This document shows, piece after piece, positions 31,301 through 42,737 of a stretch of 64,000 bases of DNA. Numbering within the stretch: position 1 is the stretch's first letter; each line of letters opens with the position of its first letter. A program made the translations under genes and the position numbers. The notes under the pieces were generated by a model. That model was not told the DNA's origin. It did not search any database and saw only the letters and a list, made by a program, of their open reading frames with translations. Source of the DNA: Podarcis melisellensis (Eukaryota); NCBI GenBank assembly GCA_964234715.1, contig OZ174280.1, one strand, 5' to 3'.

Positions 31301-34300
31301 CATGTCACATTTCTTCATAATTTGCAGGGGTTTTGTACTTAAAAGTGGGGATATACAACGGCTTTGGGTGAATCCCAAGCCAAAGCAGGGTGCTTTGCAG
31401 GGATTCTGGGATTGTCTGAGACAAAGTGGAACCTCTTCAAGGATCCAGAGACAAAGTGGGGAGTTCCCAAAGTGCCTCATGGCACCGTGACAACTCTGAC
31501 AATTGTCTGCTGAAAGCAAAACTAATGTAGCTAACCTTAGTGTATAAGGAAAACACAAGGGGTGTGGAACAGCAGAAGTAGAACAAATGCCATGGTAAGG
31601 GGGACGGGATTCTGCTGTGATGTGACTGACAGGTCAAGCTTGTAACCAGAGGGAATGAGTTCACCTGGAGTCTTCAACCCCAGTGCTTTGTGAGGAGGAA
31701 AGGAAATCCTTTTTAGTTCTGTCCCCTGCCTCCCAAGATTAACTTTAAAAGTCCCTAGTTCACAAAAGTTGAACCAATTTGTCTGCCATTGGCAAGTTTC
31801 ATACCTAGGGAAACCTCTTTTGTGTCTGGTTTCCGAACAATTGCCCTCAAAAGACATGGGAAGTTTAAGTGGACACTTTTTACCCATCCCCAAACTGTGA
31901 AGGCTGTCCTTGTGGGGAAAACCAATGAAATTATCATTCAGAAATTTGACAGGATTCATCTTTCTTGGAGACTCTGATGCCTGCAAATTTCATCCAATAG
32001 TGGGGGAGGGGGAAAAGTTTCCTTAGAAAAATAACCATAAAATTTCAAAGGTACCTGACAGAAAAAAGCCCCACCCTGGAACTATTTGGCTGGCTGAATC
32101 CGCTGTGGAGCGGCAAATGTGCCTGCAAGGGGGAAAGGTATAGCTTAAAAAACAACAACAACCCAATAGTGAACGAGGGGAAATGAAATCTTGTTTTCCC
32201 CCAACTCAGACTCAGAAGCACTTGGGACTGAGGCATGTTGTTTTCTGAAGTACTGACTCAAGGTCCAAACTGAATCTTCTGTTTGGTGCACACCCCTAAT
32301 TTAAACTTTGCTGCCTCTTATATGACTAGATGAAATGCTCCAGGGAAGTCCTTGTGATACTACATTATGGAATAGGCACTTGCAAAACCTATATGAAGGT
32401 GATGTAAACAAGCAGACAGGATCCCCACGTGAATGTTCTGTGTTGCCTATATTCTTACCTGCCAAACATGGCAAAAGGAGATGGAGGAGGTACAGTGTGT
32501 ATAAAATGGAACCCTGCATTCCAGCTAAGGAGAAGGGAAATGGGAAGGATTTAGGAGAGACCTGATGCAGTGGGAGCAATGGGTGACATCACATGGCTGA
32601 TTTGGAAACTGGGATTTAGACTGTGTCAGGTGTAGCTTGGACCACCCAGGTTCTGTGCTCCTGAACCCATTCGTGGCTTGACTGATTCCCATCTCTCCTG
32701 CTTGTCCTCTGCAGGCTGCCATACTCTGGCTACTTCGGAGGTGTCTCTGGCCTGAGCAAGACACAGTTTCTGAAGATCAATGGCTTCCCTAACGAGTACT
32801 GGGGCTGGGGTGGGGAAGATGACGACATCTTTAACCGGTGCGTGAGAGGCTGGGCCAAGCCTAGCCAGAACTTGTTCTCTGCAAGTTGGTTGTAGTAGCC
32901 ATGTAGTCTGTTTTTCCGTGTGGTGTCTCCTGGGAATGTGCTGAGTGGCAGGGAACAGCATTCTCTTCTGGGGTGGGGTAGCTGTGCAAATGGCAGGTGG
33001 CAATATGCAACACCTGCCTTTCCTATAACAATGCTCCCAAATCTGAGACAGGGGGACATAGGCAGGTAGGTATTCCACAGCACATAACAGGCAGGGCCAA
33101 ATAGAAGGCCTGGGGAGCCAATACTCTGAAAGCCAGAAGGGGTTGGGGGTGCTGAGGACTGGAGGGTGAGGACTAACTCCAGCTTTATTTAGAATTTGCC
33201 CCCAACCTGTCTGCTGGTCTTTGAGCTGCACTTTTTCTTTACACAGGATCTCGCTTAATGGCATGAAAGTGTCACGTCCTGATGCCCGCATTGGGCGCTA
33301 CCGCATGATCAAGCACGAGCGTGACCGACACAACGAGCCCAATCCCCAGCGGTGAGAGAGACAATGTGCTTGCTAGCTCCCTACCTAGTCCATTGCAAGC
33401 TACATAAGGAGATAGAAAGCTCCCACATAATTTCTGCACCATTTCCCTGGGCACATAATGGCTTTCAAGCCTGATTTCCAATGGAATATAATCTTCCAGA
33501 CACATCTTCCCTTTTATAGCATACTACTCTACACCTCGTGAGGAGAGAGGGGCCACATTTGTTTGCCTCCCTGTAGAATGTACATGAAACAAACCAAGAT
33601 AGCCTACAAGTCCTTAGCCTTCCCCCAGAGAGTGTTTTCTATTACTGCGTGTGCATTCCTCTCTTTCTGATCTACCCCCAGTTTTAATTCCACTCTCTGC
33701 CTCTTCTAAGAGACACAGACATGAATCAGAGTCCCAACCATGCACCAGGTGTGTTTGGTTAAATCTATGTTATGCTAGTTCTAGGCAAGGAAAGAGAAAG
33801 GGCCTCCTGTCCTGTGCCCTAACATTTATTGTCTGGAACCAGAGAAAAGCCACAGCTGGCATGGTTTCAGGGCAATACACTAAACCTTATTTCATGAGAC
33901 CCTGACATTCCACTTGAGAAGGTTGTGTGGTGGTAGTAATCACCTATAATGAGAACTAAATGCAGTCACCATCCATGGCCCTCCAGGATCCTATGACGCC
34001 ATCACACTTTGCAACCTTGCTATATCATTTGACAGGGACTGTTGTTTTACAGCTGAGCTCTGGGTAGAGAAGCTCACTCTGTTACTTGGGACTTTCAACC
34101 TGGAAGGGCTGTGCATGGTGATTGTCCGTTCATGTGTTCATGAAACACAATTTCATTTCGGAAGTCCCAGTGCTTTGTATGCTGGAAATCTGACTTAAGA
34201 AATTGCTTTATTGTGTGTGGATAATGCCACATAAGGCTCTTCCCAAAATTCTTCCAAGTGGCCTGAGCTGTCATTAGACTCTCTATTCCAGGCTTCCTCA

Positions 34301-34677
34301 AACTCAGCCCTACAGATGTTTTTGGCCTACAACTCCCATGATCCCTAGCTAGCAGGACCAGAGGTCAGGGATGATGGGAATTGTAGTCTCGAAACATCTG
34401 GAGGGCCGAGGTTGAGGAAGCCTGCTCTATTCCATTCATCAAGGAATGGCTTGTAGGTTTAACTTGAATTAACCTAACTGCCTACTTTCATGTGTAAGAT
34501 GACTTTCTCTCTGGTTCTCCTGGCAGGTTCACCAAAATCCAGAATACCAAGGTGACCATGAAACGCGATGGCATTGGCTCGCTTCAGTACCGCCTGGTGG
34601 AGGTGGTTCGTCGTCCCATGTACACCAATGTAACCGTGGAGATTGGCCGCCCACCACCACGCCCCCCTCGGGGCTGA
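28392..34677 (+). CDS. B4GALT2: Beta-1,4-galactosyltransferase 2 (371 aa)
   Basis: Coding exons 28392-28701, 29981-30216, 30890-31080, 32715-32837, 33247-33351, 34527-34677 (TGA) total 1116 nt. N-terminus MSRLLVGVTLERICKAVLLLCLLHFLIIMILYFDVY is a type II anchor. GT7 motifs FNRAKLLNVG, DVD and WGWGGEDDD are present. C-terminus is PPPRPPRG. Synteny with ATP6V0B and CCDC24 agrees. Confidence 0.97.
29450..29696. mobile_element. Tigger/pogo-like MITE
   Basis: TA|CAGTGGTACTT...AAGGTATGACTG|TA imperfect terminal inverted repeats with a TA TSD, and a CpG-rich interior within an AT-rich intron. Confidence 0.75.
34289..34424. mobile_element. hAT (Buster/Charlie-type) MITE
   Basis: Perfect 13-bp terminal inverted repeat CAGGCTTCCTCAA / TTGAGGAAGCCTG. 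8-bp TSD CTCTATTC at 34281-34288 and 34425-34432. Confidence 0.88.
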
Positions 34678-36050
34678 CTCTTTGCTGCCTGGCTCTGCCC
34701 ATGGCCCCATGCATGAGGAGCTGTGCGGATCCCAGCCCTGACTGGTTCAGAGGACTGTGTCCTGGCTTGGAGGAGCTGTCTGCCTCCTTTGTGGGGATGC
34801 GGGAAAGGCCAAGACTACACCTTTGCCTTGCCCCAGCCTTTGGCTGAAGCCCATCTCCTGATCACTAGTCAGTTCTCCACAGTGCCCTTCACAGGTTGGG
34901 GAGGAAGTATGAGTGTGTCATGGTGCCTGGCGCAGCGCATGGGGGTCCTGGGCACAGCCAAGCCCCACTCCTGGCTGGAAGGCACTGAGAGCAGAGAAAC
35001 CTTGTGCAGGTTCTTGAACCTCCCTATCCTCTCCCAGAACTTTTCACAGAGCGGCATCCCTTAAGGATCCCGGAAGTACAGTACAGGTAGTTGTTTTCCT
35101 TTCCTCTCAGTGTGCAAGAGTGCCGTTTGAGCCTTCCTTCCAGGGGGTGGCCTGGCCTTACGACAAATGCCAGCTCGCAAGGTGTCCAGGTGGTTCACTC
35201 GTGCCCAGCTGAGGAGAAGCTCTTCCAAAGGAGAAGCTCTCATGGGCCTGGCCACTGCCCACCTCCATTCATGGCTTGGTGCTGTCCCCCTGCTGGGCCC
35301 TGGGTGTCACTTCTGGCTCCAGTAACACAGGGGCGTTTTATACAAAACCCTCATTAGAATACTTGAGTGCTTCCTGGGTTAGTTTGACAGGTAGCCTGTC
35401 TGTCAAGGGACAACAGGTCATTCTTCCTAACAGTGTTTGCTCTTCTGTCTGTGAATGGGGAATATTGGTTGGGCAGTGTGTGCTTCACTTTTCAGCAAGG
35501 ATGGAATCAAAATGGCATGGTTCGGCCTACTCTCTGGTGTGGGCTGGCTTCTCTTTTTTACAGGCACCAATGGGCCTATGGCCATACAGAACAGAGGAAG
35601 GTGAAGTTGGCTTCTTGCTGCCTGTCCCCTACCTCTCACCTCCAACCCACTTACCCCATACCAACCCTCACTCACCAATCAACCTTCCCGCCATCTGCCA
35701 GGCAACCTGCCGTTGACCACTCATCGTGCCCTCTTTGTCAAGCTGCCATCTGCCACCACCTGAGGCCAGGCCCCTGGGTCCGACCGTCTGCTCATGACAC
35801 ATGGTGGCCGTGTGCCTAATTCCTGGAGCTTGGAAGCTGCTGGTGTCCCTCATCTCTGGTTATGGTGCCTGGCAGGTAGAATCTCCTGTGCCGGTCCACT
35901 TTGGGATGGCAGCTGGGCCAGGCTTGAAGCCAGGCACCAGCGTGTTGCGCAGCCCAGGTGTTGGTGACTTTTGTACATTTGAATGTTTTGATCCCTTTTC
36001 AAGCCTATGGTGAATGCAGCACTGGTCACTACGATCAGACTTTTGTATTC

Positions 36051-36056
36051 AATAAA
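36051..36056 (+). terminator. Putative B4GALT2 polyadenylation signal AATAAA
   Basis: AATAAA about 1.37 kb after the stop, just before the convergent neighbour's 3' end. Confidence 0.7.
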
Positions 36057-36331
36057 GTTTCAAAACTTGGGAGACTCCTTGCCTATGGGATTCAGGTGGG
36101 GTCTGTGGATAGGGGCAACGCTGCAGGTTTATGCAATCTGCAGCCTCCCCTCCTTGGGCTCATCTTGGCAAGGTACAAAATGAAGAATTAAATTCGTTTC
36201 CAAATGAATGGCACCTCATTGTGCTTCCCCAACAAGTTTGTTTAAAGCAGGGACTGGGTTTTCTGGCCCAGGAAACTCTGGGCATAGTTACTCAGTCCAG
36301 AAGACAAGAGCGAACTATTCTACAAGGTTCT

Positions 36332-36337
36332 TTTATT
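36332..36337 (-). terminator. Putative polyadenylation signal of the VWC-domain gene
   Basis: TTTATT on + equals AATAAA on -, about 470 nt downstream of the TGA at 36804-36806. Confidence 0.6.
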
Positions 36338-36440
36338 GATGCTCACACAGAGAAAAACTGTTAAATAGTAGCAAAAGATGCTATGTTTAGTTGAAGCTGG
36401 AGTGGGAATGTGGTGGTGGTTGGTGGGTGATTCCCTAAAT

Positions 36441-36563
36441 CATATGGGGAACCTCTGGCTCTCGAGATGTGGCTAAATTATTCCTAGCCATTAGTCATGC
36501 TGGCTACAGCTGATGGGAGCTGGGAGTCCAACTATATCTGAACGGCCACAGGTTGCCTATCCA
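36441..36563. mobile_element. hAT MITE (degenerate) in the 3' UTR of the VWC gene
   Basis: Same family core (CTGATGGGAG..AGTCCA..ATCTG..GGCCACAGGTT). Near-TSD CCCTAAAT/TCCTAAAT. Confidence 0.6.
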
Positions 36564-36803
36564 TCCTAAATAAAATGGGCTTTCTCATATGAGCTACTCC
36601 CCTGTGTAATAACTCTAGACATTGTCAAGGGAAAGGGGGTAGATCTGGAAAGGGGTCTGCGACTGGCAATTGCTTATGTGTATGGTTGAAGGAGTTGGGC
36701 CAGGGCTGGGTGTAAAGGCACACTAGGGCTTGTCTGAATAAGCAGAAGCCTTGCAGGTGCTGAAGAATGGCTGGCCCGGGAATTGTTTGGTGTTTGGAGC
36801 AGC

Positions 36804-39800
36804 TCAGGTGTGATGTGCACCTGTAGCCCGGCATCCCCGTAGCCGCTCACATTTAGCTAAGCGGTTTCCTTCCCAGTAACCGGCGTCCTGGCCATCATGA
36901 CAGTGGCAACGGGTGCAGGGCCCCACCCATATGCTCTCCCCAGCAGGAATTACGCGTCGCTGGCTCCCATCCACGTAGCAGTTGGGCCCTGTGGAGAGAC
37001 ATGTCCATGTATTAGAGTCTGCCATTGTTTGCAGAAGTCTCATCATGACTCTTAGAAGCAGAAATGGCAAGCAGTTTAAGAGTACATATGTAGGTGGGGG
37101 GCAACCCAGCCAGATGGGCAGGGTATAAATAATAAAATTATAAATTATTATTACTCCAGCCTTGCACCCCTATCCTCTACCGGGAGCTCACCTAGTGCCT
37201 GTTCGTCCACAGGTTCTGTGCTAGAGGCTGCTTTTGTACCAGGAGGACATTTTTCATTTTGGGGGGAGCCCCTCTTCTAACACTAGGGCCAAACACCTGC
37301 CAAATCCTTCAAGATGAGGTGGGGGCTACCAGGTGTCCCACCATCATTTCTAAGTAGGAGGCTTTCTGTTCAGTTAAGCAACCTTGTGTCTCGTCAGCTT
37401 GGCCCAATTCCTCTCACTTCCCTGCTCCAGTAGGACAGGGGCCCTGAACAGTGAGGGAGACAAAGTTCTCTCCCCCTTCTGGACAGCTTGAAGTGGAACA
37501 TTTGTCCCTTGCTGTGAAGGTGTGTCTTTCTCACCGTCCTCACAGGTGGGGCAGCAGTGGCCCTTCTCGTAGACTGGATTGACGCAGGGCGGAGGGGCGC
37601 AGTCTGCCACTAGGCAACGAGCGATGCCATCGAGGTCACAGGTACACTGCTCACACTCTGAGGGCTGTGAGAGACAAATATTGGTCAATACAGCAAGGCA
37701 GCTTTACGTGGACAGCACACGGTTATGATGATGCAGCTCCAGAACTATTTTGCATCAGTGGTGCAGAAGCTTATTCTTTTCTGAGAATTGCATTCCCTTG
37801 GGAATCTGTTCAGAATTGCATGCCAGTGGTGTGCTGGTCCAGAGTCAAAGTGGGTAGGGCACCTCCTCTGCCACCCTGTTTCCCTCCCCCTTTTCCTCCT
37901 AATGAAATTAGGCTGAGAGAAATAGGTTACCCATCCACCCCACACCACCATGTTGCAGAACTGACTGGATTTTGCGGTTCCAGAATGAATTAGTCATGTC
38001 TTCTGTCTGTAATTTGCAAAGAGATGTGTGTATGCAAGCAGGTGGGAAACTCATGCCTCAGATACTTAATTGGATTAGGCTCCTGGCTGCATCTTTGCTT
38101 ACCTGTATCTGTGCTTTAAGTATCACAAAAGAAATAAAAGGCCCATCATCTTCCTTTTTTTGTAATGTGTGAAGAAGCATTCCAAACTGAATGCATAGCC
38201 ATGGCAGTACTGGGATTATACCATCAGATGGCACTATCAACCAAAAATTGATAGGAGGGAGAAAAAGCTTCTGTCCCAATCTCCCTTGACTTTGTGTATC
38301 TTGTCAGCTCTGGCCAACTCAAGATTACTCTCAAATAATAATGCAGCTGGCCACTGGGGAAACTGACTGGTCATAAGAAAATATTGAATAGAGAAGACTG
38401 TGAGTGAGTGAGATATTGTCCCCAGTAGCACAGAACCATCAGGGATCCCAATATGCTAAAAAAGGCCCATGAATGTGTTTTGGAACCCATTACCCAATCA
38501 AGCTCCTTAAAATATCCAGCAAAGGAGACTGAAGTCATTTTCAGCACCTCACCTCTCATTCGCCTTCTCACTAGCAAAACATGAGGCTAATTCTAGCCAA
38601 GCCACATGCTTTTGTTCTCTGCCCTAAGGGGAAAGTTCCAAGATTCTACCTTCTGTCAAATTCCCTCCGTCCTGAACTGTCTGATTTCACACCTTCAGGG
38701 TGGGTGATGATAAAGACTGGTCTCCACTGAACTTCAAGTGGTTGCAGATAAAAACATTGGTCACTTGCTCTAGATCACTCCTCACAATACTTTAAAATAT
38801 TACAAAGCTGGAAGATGACATCAACATTTAACACCAAAAATCATATCTTAATGATATAATTGTCCATGATCATCTTTATAACTCGAGGGAAAGAGATTGC
38901 ACAACTTCACTGGCAAGTTGATATCCTGCCCTTACTACAAACCTACAGTACAAAGGAAAGTGTTTACCCTTCCTAATTACAGAACTTTTCTCTCTCTAGA
39001 TCTATAGCACTTGTCTTGCTTATAAGCAAATGCAAGATAACCTAGTTCCAGGAGGTGCTGGGAAGCAGCCCTATATTACTGTATCCACAACCCAGATGTT
39101 CTGGACCTAGAGCAAAATCTGGCCATCCCTAGTAAAGAACTGAGAAGCTTTGGCTGAGCAGAGTATTTTAGGGCAAGTTAGGCCCCAGCTGAATGGTTCT
39201 GGATAATCCAAAGCTTGCTTGCTATTTTATGATATTTCGGTTGGCCATAATAAAGTTACTATTTTGGGGAAAATTATGGCTCAATATTGCTTTGCAGAAA
39301 GCATTTACTTTCTGTGTACCTTTCAATAGAATTTTGTGTTTGGGTAAATGGGACAGGCCAAGAGATAAGTCATCAAACAGACACACAATAATTTGGTGTT
39401 TAGGTAACGGACAATTCACCTAGGAAGAACCCCACTGCCCATTCTTTGACTATATGTAGCAACTGGTCCTTTCTTCATCAATACATTTATTTTTTGCAAA
39501 CACTCAATTCATGATATCCAAAGAGGCATGGAGCCCAGGAATGGAGGGCTTTGATCTTCCACCTGCAGCCTCAGGGCCAGAATTTGACTCCCTTCGGCTA
39601 GTGCAGGCTTAGTGCCAAAAATACTCCTTTCCGAACCCACCCTCAATTGTCCAAGTCAGCCATGCTAGAGATTGTTTGGTCTGACTCAAGTCCTAAAATA
39701 AACTACACACATTTTTGGCAGCAACAGACAATAGCCAGAAGCAAGGTCTGAACAGGTCAATGTCAGGCCTAAAAAATGGATGAAAATGAAATTCAATTAG

Positions 39801-40575
39801 TCAAAGGATGCTCAGCTAGGTACTACAGCCAATAAAATTGCCTTCTGAATTATTGGTTTTATGGGAATATCTTAAGAGCACCTACAGCTTCATAGAGCAC
39901 TTTTGATTTGGTGCTTCTCACCCCTTTTGGAAAAATGCAATTTATTAGTTTTGTTTGTATTTTCTTTTGCTTCAGCCAGTAATGAACCAACTATAAAGAC
40001 AGCGTTCCTGCTTCCAGTCTCTTACTCTCCTGCCTAGGCCTCCCTTTCAGAACAAGATTTAAGAAACAGAAGGGACTGCTAGAGATTCTTTTTCAGGAGC
40101 GCTCGCTTTTTCTCCTGCTTTTGAATATCCTCACTTTGCCTATCCATCACCTATTCATCCCTGCCCACCTCGCTCTAGATTCCTTCTCATGCCACCCCTT
40201 TGCCTAATTCTCCCTTGAATGCCTTACCTGGAAATGCTGCCCCAGCTCATACACTTGTCCACGGTGCTCACAGCCAACCCTTTCGCAGCGTGGGCAGCAG
40301 TCGCTGGGGTAGTGGCTGACGTGAATGCAGGCAGGTGGCAGAGCGGTGCAGTCCGTGCGGGCGCAGGCGGGCCCCTCCGCTGTGCACTCGCACTGGGTGC
40401 AGTGGTCACTGTCCAGGAAATACCACTCCCCAACATAGTACAGGCTCCCGTTGGCATCGCACGTGGTCACTGGCCCTGCCAGTCCTGGGATGGGCACCAG
40501 AGTCAGCAGCAGCACTAAGATCAGCTGTGCCAACGGAAAGGGCATCGCTGAACTCGAGGGACAGATGCCGGGCAT
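36804..40575 (-). CDS. Secreted von Willebrand factor C domain protein, brorin (VWC2/VWC2L) family paralog, 210-220 aa
   Basis: Exons on -: 40575-40228 (ATG...CAG|gtaagg), 37664-37535 (tcacag|...G|gtgaga), 36988-36804 (ccacag|...TGA), total 663 nt in frame. Protein: MPGICPSSSAMPFPLAQLILVLLLTLVPIPGLAGPVTTCDANGSLYYVGEWYFLDSDHCTQCECTAEGPACARTDCTALPPACIHVSHYPSDCCPRCERVGCEHRGQVYELGQHFQ|PSECEQCTCDLDGIARCLVADCAPPPCVNPVYEKGHCCPTCEDG|PNCYVDGSQRRVIPAGESIWVGPCTRCHCHDGQDAGYWEGNRLAKCERLRGCRATGAHHT. It has a signal peptide, two 10-Cys VWC domains (CxxCxC...CCPxC) and a 6-Cys partial module. An alternative ATG lies at 40545. Confidence 0.92.
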
Positions 40576-41510
40576 GGGAGTTGGCGAGAGGGAGGAGCAG
40601 AGCAGGAGTAGGGAAATGAAGCGGAGGAGAGCTGGCGGGGAAAGTGGGCATCCAGTCCGCTCCAATGCCGCCCGCGGGGTCCCGCCGGGAGGTTGCCTGC
40701 TGAAGCTGCGGCTAAGAACCGCCCTGGCGTGCCTCGGCCTTTGTGTAGCCGCCGCCCGGCCCGGTCCGCCCCTTCTTGCAACCCGAGCCCGCCCAGGGGC
40801 ACAACACCCCCTCCCCAACGGAGCGGGCGGGACCGGGGCGGTGGGAGGGACCTGGCCCCCTATCTGCACCTCAGGAAAAGCCTACTAAGACAAGTCCACT
40901 GTGCTCCCTCTCCAAACCCCTCGAACACTTATCCGGGGAGCCAATGCTGCGTCTCCCCAGTTCCCAGTCTCCGCGGCCTCCAAAACACGCGCGGCGCTGG
41001 ATCTCTCTCTCTCTCTCCCCACCCCCTTTATTCCTAGGAACATTAATGGGCAAAGAAAGAAGTTTCTCAATACTGTACTGTTGCCAAAGCAAAAAGCCAG
41101 TGGGACCCCTTCCGGATGAAAACTGGCCGACGTGTGGCTGCTCTTTACCTCCGATTGCTTGGGTGCAAGCGCGGGCGCACCAAGAGCTTCAACGCACACG
41201 CTTCCTTCCCCCGAGACCCCCGTCTCCACGCTCGACCGACATCCTGTCTGCCTCGTGGGCACGGCTCCTTTAAGAGGCGAGGCTTCAGAGGAACGCGGCG
41301 GGGCGTTTCCATGGAGACGGCGAGTTTATATTCCAGAGAGTTAGAGGGTGGAGGGGGCTCGCATAGGGCAAGACGCCTGGCCCTCCGCCCGGTGTCGCCG
41401 GTGAGGGCTACCGCAGTTATGTCCGTGGGTCCGTAGTAAGAGAGGAAGTGTGGGGAGAGTAAAAGGTCTGGGGCGGAAGTGGGCTCGGTGGGCCGAGACG
41501 TAGGTGAGTT
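40330..41510. promoter_or_regulatory. CpG island and bidirectional promoter shared by the VWC gene (-) and CCDC24 (+)
   Basis: CpG-rich stretch between divergent genes. GC boxes, ETS-type GGAAGTG at about 41444 and 41475, and candidate CCDC24 non-coding exon donors CCG|GTGAGG (after 41400) and TAG|GTGAGT (after 41503). Confidence 0.78.
41305..41318. promoter_or_regulatory. RFX X-box motif GTTTCCATGGAGAC
   Basis: Near-palindromic match to the X-box (GTTNCCATGGNAAC) close to the probable CCDC24 transcription start. Confidence 0.6.
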
Positions 41511-41569
41511 AAGCACTGGGGAGCAACTATGGGGAGGGATAATGGGCAATAGGTTACATTTGGGGCTAT

Positions 41570-41751
41570 AAACAACTACCTGACATTCAGAAGACATCTG
41601 AAGGCAGGGTCCCCTGAAGTTCAGGGAAGTTTTTAATGTGTGACATTTTAATGTATTTTTAATCTTTGTTGGAAGCCGCCCAGAGTGGCTGGGGAAACCC
41701 AGCCAGATGGGCGGGGTACAAATAAATAACAACAACAACAACAACAACAAC
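41570..41751 (+). mobile_element. L2 LINE 3' end with (CAA)n tail
   Basis: GGAAGCCGCCCAGAGTGGCTGGGGAAACCCAGCCAGATGGGCGGGGTACAAATAAAT followed by (CAA)n. A shorter copy of the same tail lies at about 37097-37150. Confidence 0.65.
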
Positions 41752-42737
41752 GATTAACGGGAATTAGTATGACTCTCAAGGTTAATGTGAGGGGATGAGT
41801 TTGGTATATGGCGAGCAAGAAAAATTATATGCTCTTATAATTTGTAACATGATTTGTAGACAGTAGTGCAACTCAGGGGGAAAGTACAGAGCACCACAAA
41901 AATGGGGTGCCTCAAATGGCCATTCTAGAGAGTGTCAGGTGATGGAGTCAGGAACAAACGACCTGTGGCAGCACCTGGGCTGGCATGGGCATGTTGTGGT
42001 CTATTGGCGCTGATGGTAGTCACAGCGGCATCCTTGTTTTCTACAACAGTTTTAGTCAGAGGGTCGTTAGCCAGGCATGTACATGGCACTCAATTCTATT
42101 TTTTACTTTTATTTTCATCCTTGGTGCTCCCCCACCCGAATAAACGTGTTTAACATCAGGGCAGCAGAAGCAAATTCCATTGTATTCCTGTAATGCTAGT
42201 GCTATGACTTAAGTGAGTTTAGAATGTGAAACTGTACATGCTCAGAGTATTTCACAACCATTTATCTATTGTGCTAATGTATCAGGAATGTAGGAGCAGT
42301 TATAAAACATGGGAATGGCTTAACTGACAACTGACAAATGTAGTATGTGTGACTGTCTAATGGGAGAGGGGTGTAAAACCATGGATGTGGCCAGGATTTT
42401 AGTTGGGGAGGGACAAAGTTGTTGAGCTTTTCTTGGGAAATCATGGGTGAAAATACCTCATAAATAGGACATTGCGGGGGGCCAGGCTTCTGTTGGGGGG
42501 GGCAGAACCTCACATAATTGAATACTTTCAATGGTTTTCAATAATATTTGTGAATCTCGGGAGGACAGCAGCCCATGTGTAAAACCATTAAGTTCAGTGT
42601 CTAAAATTACCTAGGTGCACCACTGCATGTTGCACCAAGTACAGTAGTTGTGATGTGGAGCTTCTACTCACTGTCTCATTGGCACAATCTTTTTTTCCTT
42701 TAAAGCCTCATTTATCGTGGAATCGGATACAGCACCC

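Noticed and set aside
37699-37720. REST/RE1-like sequence near VWC exon 2 (also half-sites near 7843 and 55335)
   Set aside because: Only a half-site (GGACAGC or TCAGCACC) is present, with a wrong partner or spacing.
40576-40869. 98-aa N-terminal extension of the VWC ORF in the ORF track
   Set aside because: It starts at GTG, is GC-island filler, and would bury the signal peptide. The ATG at 40575 or 40545 is far more plausible.
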